A stretch of 64,000 nt of DNA from Ignavibacteriae bacterium HGW-Ignavibacteriae-1 (GCA_002839825.1 PGYU01000011.1:3218-67217); one strand, 5' to 3'. Shown: positions 41,791 through 51,689, numbered from the stretch's first letter. Notes: generated by a model not told the origin, from the sequence alone. Numbers and translations are program-made.

Positions 41791-41801
41791 TTGATTAATA
41801 T

Positions 41802-42278
41802 TTATTCGTTGATTATTTCTGTGTTTTCACATAGTTCTTTCAACTTGTCGAGTGCTTTTGGGTAGGTCTGGTTCATATAATCCAAAAAATCTTCAGTAGT
41901 GTCTAAGTCAACAGTAACTGTAGTAGTTCCGTTGTTTTCTTCGAAGGTATAATTTTCTAATCCGTTTGCCCATTTTTCTACTTCCGGTCCTTCTGTAATT
42001 TCTACATTACCTTTTAATAGTCCATAATGACGAATTGAAATAAAGCGGTAAGGAGTATTGTCAACTATCTCAGAAACCATACCACCTTTTTCTCCATTCT
42101 CATCAAATCCTATGAACAATATTTTGCTGCCTTTATTCCAACTCCCTTCATATGTAGATGTTGGATTGAACAAAGCTGTCCATTGTTCATAAGTTGATTT
42201 ATTGTTAATGCCCAGCATCACTTCATATACTTTGCTTGCAGGTGCATTTATGCGTATTTTGAATTGTATTTTTTTCAT
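41802..42278 (-). CDS. SRPBCC (AHSA1/START-like) family protein
   Basis: FKIRINAPASKVYEVM... pattern typical of activator-of-Hsp90-ATPase-like proteins. Confidence 0.55.
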   Translation of the reverse strand: MKKIQFKIRINAPASKVYEVMLGINNKSTYEQWTALFNPTSTYEGSWNKGSKILFIGFDENGEKGGMVSEIVDNTPYRFISIRHYGLLKGNVEITEGPEVEKWANGLENYTFEENNGTTTVTVDLDTTEDFLDYMNQTYPKALDKLKELCENTEIINE

Positions 42279-42522
42279 AATTACCTATTGATTATTAGAT
42301 TAAATAGACTCACTTATTTACTTCATACTATCAAATAATGTTATACAAATCTAATAAAAATTTTTGTATCTACAAAATTATTTTGTATGATAACAAAATA
42401 ATTGGGTATTTGCAAATTTATAATATTAGTGCAAGCAATCATAAACTTTTATAGAAGCACAAATCATGATTTAACCACTTCCCCAACAATTTTTAATACC
42501 GCTTGTTAGCATATCGTGCTAT

Positions 42523-43311
42523 TTATAAATTAAGTCCATTTTCAATATTTTTTGATAATTTATTTATAAATCGTGCCATTTGAGCTCCGTCAATCACATC
42601 ATGGTCTAAAAGAATTGACATATTTAGGATTTCTCTTATTTCTATCCTATCATCTACAACAGTTGGTTTCTTTATTATCGAACTTAATCCGAAGCAGATT
42701 GGATGAATCGAAATTGGAATAAACCACCCTTTAACTTGTCCCATCATACCAATAGAAGTAATTGCTACATTTCCCATTTTAGTATAAGCAAGTTTTGGAT
42801 GCCTTAATAAATATTTCCAAAAGTATCTCCTCATAAATCCCGGAAGAAAGTAATATATCTTTTCAAGTCTATCTGCTTTTTTCTGAAGTACTATATCGTT
42901 ATTCGTAAGTGGCTTATCCTTTGCATCATTAATTAGCATTGCAATCGTTTCTATGCTTATTTCATTTGCTTTTTCAATTAGGAGTGGTATTGGTACTTTT
43001 TGACCATTTAAATCTTTTTCAACAATAACTGATACATTTATATCTTCAAAAATTATCAATTTATTTCTACCATTAAGATAAGAAGATGCAGTCTCATATT
43101 GACTTATTGTATGACTTATCACATAAATAATCCACGCAGTAAACGAAATCTTGTTACTGTTATTTCTATTGTAATCCCTAATTTTTTCTCGGCTTTTTGA
43201 AATATCAAGTTCAATCAAACCGGTAACATGATGTTTTTGTTTACCAATCTCGCAAACATCTATCGTCGCTATCCGAGATTGTGGAAATTTATATATTTTA
43301 TACTTTGTCAT
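42523..43311 (-). CDS. Stand-alone 2-oxoacid-dehydrogenase E2 acyltransferase catalytic-domain-like protein (CAT fold), no lipoyl domain
   Basis: C-terminal LSILLDHDVIDGAQMARFINKL matches the DHRxxDG catalytic motif. N-terminus matches the start of the E2 catalytic core. Confidence 0.5.
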   Translation of the reverse strand: MTKYKIYKFPQSRIATIDVCEIGKQKHHVTGLIELDISKSREKIRDYNRNNSNKISFTAWIIYVISHTISQYETASSYLNGRNKLIIFEDINVSVIVEKDLNGQKVPIPLLIEKANEISIETIAMLINDAKDKPLTNNDIVLQKKADRLEKIYYFLPGFMRRYFWKYLLRHPKLAYTKMGNVAITSIGMMGQVKGWFIPISIHPICFGLSSIIKKPTVVDDRIEIREILNMSILLDHDVIDGAQMARFINKLSKNIENGLNL

Positions 43312-43409
43312 CTTATGTGTGTGTTTGATTTCTCAGCATGTAGCGCCACTTGCTTATTTACCCCACAATATCCACTCTACAAAAATAGTGAAAAAATCCA
43401 TATTCCCCT

Positions 43410-44339
43410 TTACTGCTTTCTTATCTCAACACGTCTGTTTTTAGCTTTTCCGTCATCGGTGGAATTGTCAGCGATGGGTTTGAGTGGACCAAAGCCAACA
43501 CTATTTATGCGCTGTGCAGCAATGCCTTTGCTGACAAGGGCAGTTTTTACACTTGCTGCACGCTGCTCAGATAGCTTTTGGTTTGACGTAAAGTTGCCAA
43601 CGTTATCAGTATGTCCTTCGATGATAATATTCAATGCCGGATTGTCGGTGAGCATCTTATACAATTCATCTATGATGCTTTGCGAATCACTTTTGATAGC
43701 AGATTTTCCCGTTTCAAAGTTGATATATAAAGTTAGTGCATTACCGGAATTAATTTTGTCAAACATTTCGTTGGCTTGAATATCTTGAATCATAGCTTCT
43801 TTTTCAGCTATTACCATATCATACCCTTCGCCTTCGCCGTTCATCTGAACATAAACCCAAATTTCTTTGTTGTCATTGGCAAATTTAATAGTTTGCCCCC
43901 AATTAGTGCAGCTATTACCAAAGGGAATAGTACCACCGTTGATACCTGAGCCGCTATACTCGTAATTTCCGGTGCACCATCCTTGATATTCACCTTGGAC
44001 GACACCGCCCTTTTGCTTAGCCGCGTTCTGGAAATTACGGAATATTTGCAAGCCCGAAGCAGCTTTTGCATCATCTTGCAACAAGTAATTAAATACCATT
44101 ATTTTCCCTTCAATGTTCTCCGATTTCATTAAGTTATCATTATCAGGGTCCGGAGCTCCCACAGGGAATTTCATAGAGCCAAATTCGACCTCGGCACAGT
44201 CATTCAAAAAATAGTTTGGCATTCGGTTGAACAGTGGATGGTCATTGCATCCGTCGGCATCATCTTGAGATAGTAGATTTCCACTCATTGCAATCATAAT
44301 AGTTGCAATTACGATTAAATTCAAATAATTTGTTTTCAT
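43410..44339 (-). CDS. OmpA-family lipoprotein with the paralogous N-domain (paralog 3)
   Basis: OmpA_C motif (FETGKSAI...NRRVEIRKQ). N-domain conserves the Cys pair and the IWVYVQMNGEG motif. Confidence 0.8.
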   Translation of the reverse strand: MKTNYLNLIVIATIMIAMSGNLLSQDDADGCNDHPLFNRMPNYFLNDCAEVEFGSMKFPVGAPDPDNDNLMKSENIEGKIMVFNYLLQDDAKAASGLQIFRNFQNAAKQKGGVVQGEYQGWCTGNYEYSGSGINGGTIPFGNSCTNWGQTIKFANDNKEIWVYVQMNGEGEGYDMVIAEKEAMIQDIQANEMFDKINSGNALTLYINFETGKSAIKSDSQSIIDELYKMLTDNPALNIIIEGHTDNVGNFTSNQKLSEQRAASVKTALVSKGIAAQRINSVGFGPLKPIADNSTDDGKAKNRRVEIRKQ

Positions 44340-44465
44340 AGATTCCTAATGTTTATTTAAGTAATCAATTCCAAAAAATTCACATTGCAAATATAGTGAA
44401 AAAAGTTTTTACAATGTTGGGGAAATTTTTGATGGTGGAACTTGGGGAGGGGAGCGAAGATTGAT

Positions 44466-45635
44466 TTAAGAACTTGATCGCTGATTGCGAGAAGGTGGTG
44501 TTAGGGTCTGTAGCATTTCTTCTTTAAAGTTTATCAATAAATCTTTTATTAGTATTTCAAATCTGAAATTTACATAGTCCAAAGTGTTCAGATGTTCCTG
44601 TTTCTCTGTAATCTTTCTGAAATTATGAGTAATTAAATTTCTTAAATCATAGAGAGCATCAGGTGAGTCATTTGCTTCTTTTTCAAAATCTATAAGAATC
44701 TTATTGCACTCTTGAAATAAATCAGTTTTAATAGATTGTTCAATTGAATTTTCAGTGATTATTTTCCCAAGTCTTTTTCGCTCATTTAAAGAAGTAAGAT
44801 TTTCTCGTAAATCATTTCTGGTCAGTTTTTTATTTGAATAGTCATCTATATTTTTTAGAAATTCTACTTCATATAAGTCTTCAGACATTAATTCGATAAT
44901 TTGATATAGATAATGAAAGCGCATTAATGGGTGAAGCACTCCATTTAAAAGGTTCTTGTAGAGCTCTTTGATATAAAAATTATCTGAGTAGATATTACAC
45001 ATTTTCTTTAATGTGATTCTTTGCCTATCATTTCTAATATTAACGAAAAAGTTCTCGATGTCTTGGTAATTATGAATTGGATTCTTGTTGTCATTTATTT
45101 TGTATATGTAATAACCGAAACCTGTTAAAGAAGGTAAATAATATTCAATGCTGAAATTATTAACAAGGGCTTTTTGGGATTTACTTATAATTAGAATAAT
45201 TAAATCCTTAGGATAGAAATCTTCAATGGAAAGCGATATGGAAGGATTATAATTATGGCTTCTTAAATGAAAATTCTCGTGATTAAGTAATAATTTATTA
45301 TATGCTACGAATGCATATTTTAAAAAGTGAATATTTGTGGCCTTGTCGTGTTCGTTAGACAAAAGTGCTTGTAGTGGGAAAATCCAACCGATTCTTGTAT
45401 CTGGCTCATTAACATATACCTCGAAAATATCATTTTCAGCATTTAAATAAGGATTATGTAAGTATACTATTTCATAATCTTCAACAAGATAATCCGTCTT
45501 TGGCTCAAGTTTATAATTGATTGACAATTCAACCAAACCATCCACATCTTTCAAAAAAAATGTAGACAGACTTTTGTCATACGTTACATATGGGATTTTT
45601 AGTTGTTGTTCATTATATGATAATGCTAACGCCAT
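44466..45635 (-). CDS. Hypothetical protein with a C-terminal HEPN-like Rx4H motif; second gene of the DUF262 operon
   Basis: ...DALYDLRNLITHNFRK near the C-terminus. 2-bp gap to the upstream gene. Confidence 0.45.
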   Translation of the reverse strand: MALALSYNEQQLKIPYVTYDKSLSTFFLKDVDGLVELSINYKLEPKTDYLVEDYEIVYLHNPYLNAENDIFEVYVNEPDTRIGWIFPLQALLSNEHDKATNIHFLKYAFVAYNKLLLNHENFHLRSHNYNPSISLSIEDFYPKDLIILIISKSQKALVNNFSIEYYLPSLTGFGYYIYKINDNKNPIHNYQDIENFFVNIRNDRQRITLKKMCNIYSDNFYIKELYKNLLNGVLHPLMRFHYLYQIIELMSEDLYEVEFLKNIDDYSNKKLTRNDLRENLTSLNERKRLGKIITENSIEQSIKTDLFQECNKILIDFEKEANDSPDALYDLRNLITHNFRKITEKQEHLNTLDYVNFRFEILIKDLLINFKEEMLQTLTPPSRNQRSSS

Positions 45636-45637
45636 AC

Positions 45638-46819
45638 CTATTTAGTTTTTCTTTCGTAAGAATGGTATGCTTCGTTAACTGCGGAGTTAATATTTAAATA
45701 TGAATCTCCTTTCTTGTCAAATAATTCTCTGAAAAAGAAATGAAAGTATAATCGTTGGTCATTTCCAATTTTTTTTGCGTGAACTCGGATTCTATCTAGG
45801 TATATTAAAATCTCATCAAAAGCGTCTTTAGGATTTTCAACTTTTAATACATCTATTAAATCATTCACCTCTGTAATACCATTGATCACTTCTAAATCAT
45901 AAAGTCTTCCGATGGCAGACCCGAATCCGGTCATTGTTTGCGATTTATTTATCAGTTTAATTGCATTTGTAGCAAAAGGTCCAGCGGAAAATATATATTC
46001 TATCGTTTCAGCGTTGAATACATAGTTTTCTGATAACTCTTCAAATTTTTCTACTAGCTTGTGGTAGGTAGTCAAATATTTATTAAAAAGGTCACTATCA
46101 GGTTGCTCCTTAGATAGCTTTTCTAAGCTTTTAATATTGTCCAATAAATGAGATCGCTCAATTGGCAATTCATTTCTCTCTAAATAAGAGTTAAAACCAT
46201 CAATTATATCTCTGAAATTATATTCCCCTTTCTTCCTTGGCGTTTTATCATCTTTCTCAGTATAAAGTTTTATATCATCTATGCTGTTTGTCAAATAGTC
46301 AGAGAATAAAATTTCTATTTGGTGTCTTACCGACATAGGAGTTTGCCCAGTATTTAAAGTAAGCATTCTATAAAGTATACCTAGCTTATTTATCCCTATA
46401 TAAACTTCAATTCTTAAAAATCTATTGTAAAAATTCTCAAGAATGACGCTATCATCGTCAGATACTAATTCCTTTTCTGCATCTATAATTGTGTGCGTCC
46501 TTTGCAATCCATCTAATATTAAAAGATTAGATTGATGTTTTTCAATATTACTTATGATTTCAGTGTCGGTAGCATTTTGAGAAATAATATCAGTAGGTAT
46601 ATTACTTATTGCTAATACTATTGGTGGTATTATACATCCGGTTTTTAAATCTGATTTTAATAAGCTATAGATTGTAGATGATGACTTTACACGCCTTCTT
46701 TGAAATTCATTGCTCTTAATAATATTCTTTGCAATTTTTAAATAATCAACGTACGTTATTTCGATTTGAACGTTCAACGCGTTGATTCTTTTGTCAAATA
46801 TTTTAGATGCTATTTTCAT
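45638..46819 (-). CDS. DUF262 (ParB-like nuclease / GmrSD N-domain / DndB-like) protein
   Basis: EFQRRRV and ILDGLQRTHTI motifs (compare FQRxxxW / DGQQR). Confidence 0.65.
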   Translation of the reverse strand: MKIASKIFDKRINALNVQIEITYVDYLKIAKNIIKSNEFQRRRVKSSSTIYSLLKSDLKTGCIIPPIVLAISNIPTDIISQNATDTEIISNIEKHQSNLLILDGLQRTHTIIDAEKELVSDDDSVILENFYNRFLRIEVYIGINKLGILYRMLTLNTGQTPMSVRHQIEILFSDYLTNSIDDIKLYTEKDDKTPRKKGEYNFRDIIDGFNSYLERNELPIERSHLLDNIKSLEKLSKEQPDSDLFNKYLTTYHKLVEKFEELSENYVFNAETIEYIFSAGPFATNAIKLINKSQTMTGFGSAIGRLYDLEVINGITEVNDLIDVLKVENPKDAFDEILIYLDRIRVHAKKIGNDQRLYFHFFFRELFDKKGDSYLNINSAVNEAYHSYERKTK

Positions 46820-46857
46820 ATGTGTTATATGTCGTCTTTATTTCTATTGAACCAAAC

Positions 46858-46922
46858 TCATTTATTTACGTAATATCAATAAACGATTTGCAAATCTAAC
46901 AAAATATTTCTGAATCTCCAAA
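46858..46922 (-). promoter_or_regulatory. Island promoter-leader module: -33 TTTG, -7 TAGATTTG, then the conserved leader GTAAATAAATGAG
   Basis: The reverse complement reads TTTGGAGATTCAGAAATATTTTGTTAGATTTGCAAATCGTTTATTGATATTACGTAAATAAATGAG. One of at least 12 similar modules. Confidence 0.5.
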
Positions 46923-46989
46923 TTTATTACGATTCCGCAATAAATCACAAACTTTGATAGCAAAAACTTATCAGTTGCCAATCGTACTT

Positions 46990-47871
46990 TTATTTTTTAG
47001 CTTTTTCCATATAAGGTTCAAAAAATTGCAAATCAACTTCATAAACAGTTCTCGGTTTAACGCCTAATTCTACGCGTTTAAACATTTCTACCAATTTTTC
47101 GCCATCTACTAATTCCACCTGAGGCGCACCATCTCTATTTGCTTCTTTAATTGAATCCGATGAGAAAGTTCCGGTAGTCATAATAATACCTTTTTCCGCC
47201 CTGCCAATCATTGCATTTCTAAAATCACCCACTTGCGATCTTGAGACCGTTCCTTTGTATCTTTTGCATTGAAATAATACTTTAAAACTTACAAATGGAT
47301 TCATTTCTAAAGTACCATATCCATCAATCCCACCGTCATGAGATTGTCCGGTTACAACCACCTTTTCAAAACCAGATTCACGCAGCAATCGTTGGCATAT
47401 TTTTTCAAAACCTTCCGGTGATAGACTTTGAAGAACTTGCAACAAATCCATTTTATTTGATGCCTGTATTTCGTCCGGCTGATTCTCTTCAAGCTCTTCT
47501 ATGATTTCCTTTTCTGATTTGTCTCGCTTAGCCTGTCTATGAATGTCAACCCATTTTAAGAAAATCTCTTTAGCTTGCTCATCATTCAATGTAGTAGATT
47601 CACCTTTGGGTGATAAAGCCCAAATTCCATGCTGTGATGTATCTAAAAGTCCTTCCCAAGCAAGATATTGTCTCGCCCAAGCCACTTGATTATAATATCT
47701 TGATTGACCAGAATCAAGCAATTCATTTAATTTTTCATCATGCAGATCAAAATTTTCTGCAATTTTATCGGACGCTTCTCTAGGTTTTGCCGAACCACCA
47801 AGCTGCCTGAGCGCATCTAAGAGTGGTCCAAACCATCTTACAAATTCTGAACTATTTCTTTTTTTTGCCAT
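46990..47871 (-). CDS. mrr: Mrr-family type IV restriction endonuclease (Mrr_N winged helix plus Mrr_cat)
   Basis: C-terminal DGGIDG...QCKRY PD-(D/E)xK-like core and an N-terminal Mrr_N-like domain. Confidence 0.8.
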   Translation of the reverse strand: MAKKRNSSEFVRWFGPLLDALRQLGGSAKPREASDKIAENFDLHDEKLNELLDSGQSRYYNQVAWARQYLAWEGLLDTSQHGIWALSPKGESTTLNDEQAKEIFLKWVDIHRQAKRDKSEKEIIEELEENQPDEIQASNKMDLLQVLQSLSPEGFEKICQRLLRESGFEKVVVTGQSHDGGIDGYGTLEMNPFVSFKVLFQCKRYKGTVSRSQVGDFRNAMIGRAEKGIIMTTGTFSSDSIKEANRDGAPQVELVDGEKLVEMFKRVELGVKPRTVYEVDLQFFEPYMEKAKK

Positions 47872-47940
47872 TATATTAAGTATGTTTCTGTCATTTTAAT
47901 ATTACCCCAAATCCTATACTTACCCGAATAATATCCAAAT

Positions 47941-47985
47941 TCCCTCCTACAAATCTAACAAAATATTTTTGAATCTCCAAATCCA
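47941..47985 (-). promoter_or_regulatory. Island promoter module upstream of the Mrr gene
   Basis: The reverse complement reads TTTGGAGATTCAAAAATATTTTGTTAGATTTG. Confidence 0.45.
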
Positions 47986-47993
47986 TTCCCGTC

Positions 47994-48875
47994 TTACTCA
48001 TTTTCTTCATAATAATAAGAATAGTCAATTCCTTTCATAAACATTTCGCTGTCGTTTATTTTGGTGGTTAAAGCGTTTTTCAACAGTTTCTTCAGAAGGC
48101 TATTGTTTGTTGGGCTTTGCTTCATTGCGTTCATGTAATCATTTTTTGTGATTTTACTCCAATCCACACATTTTTTTAAGTGTTTTTTTATGAGCAAATC
48201 TAACCATATTCGGGCGCTTCTGCCGTTTCCTTCCATAAAAGGGTGAGCAATATTCATTTCTACATATTTTTCAAGGATTTCGTCAAAAGTAGTTTCGGGC
48301 ATTGCATCAATTCGCTGTAATGTTTCGCCCAAGAATCGTGATGCAGCAAATTGAAAGCCTCCTTTTGAAATGTTTTTTTGCCTGATTTGTCCTGCAAAAT
48401 CATATAAGCCACCAAACAAATAAGCGTGAATCTGTTGCAAACCTTTTGCTGTGCCAACTTCAATACTGTCTATAAATGTACTTTCAAACAGTGCATAGGC
48501 TTTTGTTTTGCTTTTGCCGTCTATGCTTTCATCACTAAAGGTAAACCATTCGATAAATCGGTTGGCTTTAGTACCCGGAAAGCTTTTGCCCAATGCAATT
48601 ATACCCTGATAATCCATCATATCAGCCAAACGCTTTTTGCCGTCGGGGGCAAGAAATTTCAACTGGGTAGTGACACTAACCACTTGACTGTTTTCTTTCT
48701 TTAATTTAGCTTTAAGATATTTCCAATAGTTACGGGTTTTGGTGTAGTCGTCTTGGTCGCTAAGTACTGCTACAATATCCAACACCGAAAACCACCACTT
48801 GGCGTTGTCTTCATCCCACACGGCTCGCACCTCGCGGTCGTCAAAAAATCGTATGGAAATTTTTTCCTTACTCAT
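47994..48875 (-). CDS. Fic/Doc-family protein with an N-terminal Bro-N/RhuM-like domain
   Basis: [14 protein letters not shown] Fic motif. N-terminus [22 protein letters not shown]. Confidence 0.8.
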   Translation of the reverse strand: MSKEKISIRFFDDREVRAVWDEDNAKWWFSVLDIVAVLSDQDDYTKTRNYWKYLKAKLKKENSQVVSVTTQLKFLAPDGKKRLADMMDYQGIIALGKSFPGTKANRFIEWFTFSDESIDGKSKTKAYALFESTFIDSIEVGTAKGLQQIHAYLFGGLYDFAGQIRQKNISKGGFQFAASRFLGETLQRIDAMPETTFDEILEKYVEMNIAHPFMEGNGRSARIWLDLLIKKHLKKCVDWSKITKNDYMNAMKQSPTNNSLLKKLLKNALTTKINDSEMFMKGIDYSYYYEENE

Positions 48876-48988
48876 TCACCTAACTCGTTTATATACATTC
48901 TAAAATTCACTTTGCAAATATAGCGAAAATATTTAGATGTTCGAGTTTGGGGGCGATTCAACTAAACAAGCCTGCATTTCCATTTATT

Positions 48989-49750
48989 TTATAGTATTTT
49001 TTTAGGAAGATTTTCCTCGCCTTCTTTATAGTGCTCATGAAGGTTGACAGGAATTACACTTTTTTTATTCATTCTCATTTGAAGAATATCAACTAATAGC
49101 GAGAATGCCATAGCAAAATATATGTATGCTTTGGGTATTTCGACACCAAATCCTTCGCTAAGTAATGCAAATCCAATGAGTAGCAAGAATGAAAGTGCGA
49201 GCATTTTAAACGCCGGATGCTTGTTTACGAAATTGCTGATAGGTTCTGCAGCAACGAGCATAATTATAACTGTAACCACGACGGCAACATACATCACCCA
49301 AACTTCATTGACCATCCCAATTGCTGTGATAATGGAGTCAATCGAAAAAACAGCATCCATGATTAATATCTGAACTATGACTTGCATAAATGTAGTTGCT
49401 TTGAGATTCTTTGTTACATCGCCCTTTTCGCCTTCCATCTTATGGTAGATTTCTTTGCTGCTTTTGTATAGTAGGAACAATCCGCCTGAAATCAAGACAA
49501 GGTCTTTGCCCGAGAATCCTTGATCTGCAATGTGGAACAAATCATCATCAAGTTTCAATATCAAAGAGACAATCAGCAACAATCCTAATCTCATTATGCC
49601 TGCCAATATAAGCCCAATTTGTCTTGCCTTTTTTTGTTGCTCCGGAGGGAGTTTGGCAGCTAATATTGATATAAAAATAACATTATCTATTCCCAAAATG
49701 GCTTCTAATGCTATTAAGCTTAAGAGTGAAATGATGATTTGATAGTCCAT
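48989..49750 (-). CDS. TerC-family integral membrane protein
   Basis: ALEAILGIDNVIFISIL signature. Confidence 0.85.
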   Translation of the reverse strand: MDYQIIISLLSLIALEAILGIDNVIFISILAAKLPPEQQKKARQIGLILAGIMRLGLLLIVSLILKLDDDLFHIADQGFSGKDLVLISGGLFLLYKSSKEIYHKMEGEKGDVTKNLKATTFMQVIVQILIMDAVFSIDSIITAIGMVNEVWVMYVAVVVTVIIMLVAAEPISNFVNKHPAFKMLALSFLLLIGFALLSEGFGVEIPKAYIYFAMAFSLLVDILQMRMNKKSVIPVNLHEHYKEGEENLPKKIL

Positions 49751-49860
49751 AATTCTTTAATGATTATATTTATATACAAATTGTTCTATCATGACGCATA
49801 ACACTCAAATTTATGCAATTGCAATATTATATTTGATGAGTATCGGTTCACCAAACTAAT

Positions 49861-50412
49861 TTACTCATACATTTCAGGGGTGACATTTACCTTGAACGCA
49901 AACTCTCCGTTCTTATCCTTGTAATAATAAACAAAAGTTGTTTGGTTGTCACGATAAATTTTCATGTCGGGGTTTGTCTTAACATTGTTGATGATGCTCG
50001 GCTCAACATATTTTCTCATGGTGTCAAGATTTACGTTCGCTCGATCAATGTCAACCAAAGTGTAATTGTATTGAAAGGAATTGTTGGGCATAGCAATTGT
50101 GTTATCCAAGCGTGTATATTGGTCCACCATCATCGGACAAGATTTATTTAGTTCACTTGCCGCTGCCATCATTACTTTGTCAAAGGATGGTGGTGCGAAA
50201 AATATTTGTTGAACTGCCCAAGAAGTGAGCCCGAAAGCAATTAATCCGAGAACCAGTCCTAAGATTATCTTACTACTGCCGGACTTGTGAGTTTGAACAC
50301 TCTCAGTATTAATCTCTGTCCGAAATTGCGGTAAGGCGTGCCCGCACTTTGAGCAATATTTTGCGTTAGCCGAATTAGCTGCGGCGCAGTTGGTGCATGT
50401 TAGTTTATTCAT
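49861..50412 (-). CDS. Membrane-anchored protein with an N-terminal zinc ribbon
   Basis: CTNC...CSKCGH zinc ribbon, one TM helix, then an extracytoplasmic domain. Confidence 0.5.
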   Translation of the reverse strand: MNKLTCTNCAAANSANAKYCSKCGHALPQFRTEINTESVQTHKSGSSKIILGLVLGLIAFGLTSWAVQQIFFAPPSFDKVMMAAASELNKSCPMMVDQYTRLDNTIAMPNNSFQYNYTLVDIDRANVNLDTMRKYVEPSIINNVKTNPDMKIYRDNQTTFVYYYKDKNGEFAFKVNVTPEMYE

Positions 50413-50504
50413 ATGTTTATTTATTTAGTGGTCAAAATTTTGTCTAAATGCATTAGGAACCAAGAGCACGTACTTACGTAAGCCTCTATTTCGGCTGCCC
50501 AAAT

Positions 50505-50984
50505 TTATAAAGCATCTATTATTAAAAACAAAACTAAAATCAAAATAGAAAATCCAAGATACATGCCAAAACCGTACAAAGTCCAATTTTTCAAGTCTCG
50601 TGCTTTCCGGTGGTACCCTTGAGCCTTGAATATACGAGCGTATAAGAAAAATAATATTCCCGGAGATAGGAACGCCATCACCCTCCAAATGTCGCCTAAT
50701 GGTATGTTTGCTTTTTCGATTTCTAATATATGTTTAATCTCATTTTCCGTTGTAGCTTTCTGAAGCTGTTCAGAATTCAAATTTCTATTCCTAAGTTCCT
50801 TTTCAGCGGCTTCTACAGCGGCAGCTTGATAATCTTTTCGATGTTCATTTACTATTATTAGCAATTCTGCATCTGACCGCTCAGACATTACATCAGTGAA
50901 TTGATTTTCCATATCATATCTAATAAAGTTAGTAAAGCTCGCATTTTTCCGGATTGCGACACAAATTAAAATTTCACATTGCAA
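50505..50984 (-). CDS. Hypothetical membrane protein. TTG start in the ORF track; an internal Met (MENQF...) is more plausible.
   Basis: Helical N-terminus and two C-terminal TM helices. The promoter module lies upstream. Confidence 0.45.
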   Translation of the reverse strand: MQCEILICVAIRKNASFTNFIRYDMENQFTDVMSERSDAELLIIVNEHRKDYQAAAVEAAEKELRNRNLNSEQLQKATTENEIKHILEIEKANIPLGDIWRVMAFLSPGILFFLYARIFKAQGYHRKARDLKNWTLYGFGMYLGFSILILVLFLIIDAL

Positions 50985-51099
50985 ATATAGTGAAAAATAT
51001 TATATTTCCAAATTTCGGATGATACTGCAAATAGACTAATTTAATCATACATTTCAGGTGTGACACTCTTTTCATATTATTTTCATGGATAAATTCTTG

Positions 51100-51501
51100 T
51101 CAGTAAATCAACACAGATGCAACAATGACTATTAATCCAAAAATTCCTGCTGCAATATCTATCAACAAGATTTTTTTGCCCGCTTTCTCTGCCAGCATTC
51201 CTGCTACCCACTTTTGAAATTTTTCATAATCGAAAATGAAAATGAGTGCTTTGATGGCTGTAAGCGAGAAAATAATAGTAATTACCATAGAATAAGCCAC
51301 ATCGGTGGTTAATTCCTTATACCATGTAAATGCGACCAACAGTAGCCCAACAATTGCCACAGGTACAATCCATTTGGGACGTTTTTTTGCGTAAGCTTTG
51401 GCGATGAATTTGTTTTCGTCCCAGGGAATCAGGTGCATATAAAATGGTTTCAGCATAGCCGCCAAACCAAAAACAATTCCTAAAATTTTAAAGTAACTCA
51501 T
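51100..51501 (-). CDS. Small integral membrane protein
   Basis: Four TM helices. Confidence 0.5.
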   Translation of the reverse strand: MSYFKILGIVFGLAAMLKPFYMHLIPWDENKFIAKAYAKKRPKWIVPVAIVGLLLVAFTWYKELTTDVAYSMVITIIFSLTAIKALIFIFDYEKFQKWVAGMLAEKAGKKILLIDIAAGIFGLIVIVASVLIY

Positions 51502-51689
51502 TGTTAATCTTGCTTTTAATTCATTTTTGCTTTGCTACATATTTCCATTTGTCAGCTTAGCTCTCCATAAATCTATTTCTGCATTATTATCACCTTCTGC
51601 TGTTTCTATTCTAAAGTTCTCAAGCTGTGAATTCATTTTATCAATATATGACTGGATTATTCTACCGATTTTTTTCGTCGAACCGGCAT

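Noticed and set aside
50425-50688. 87-aa ORF overlapping 50505..50984 in another frame
   Set aside because: Arg/Gly-rich translation of low complexity. The alternative frame gives a membrane protein preceded by a promoter module.
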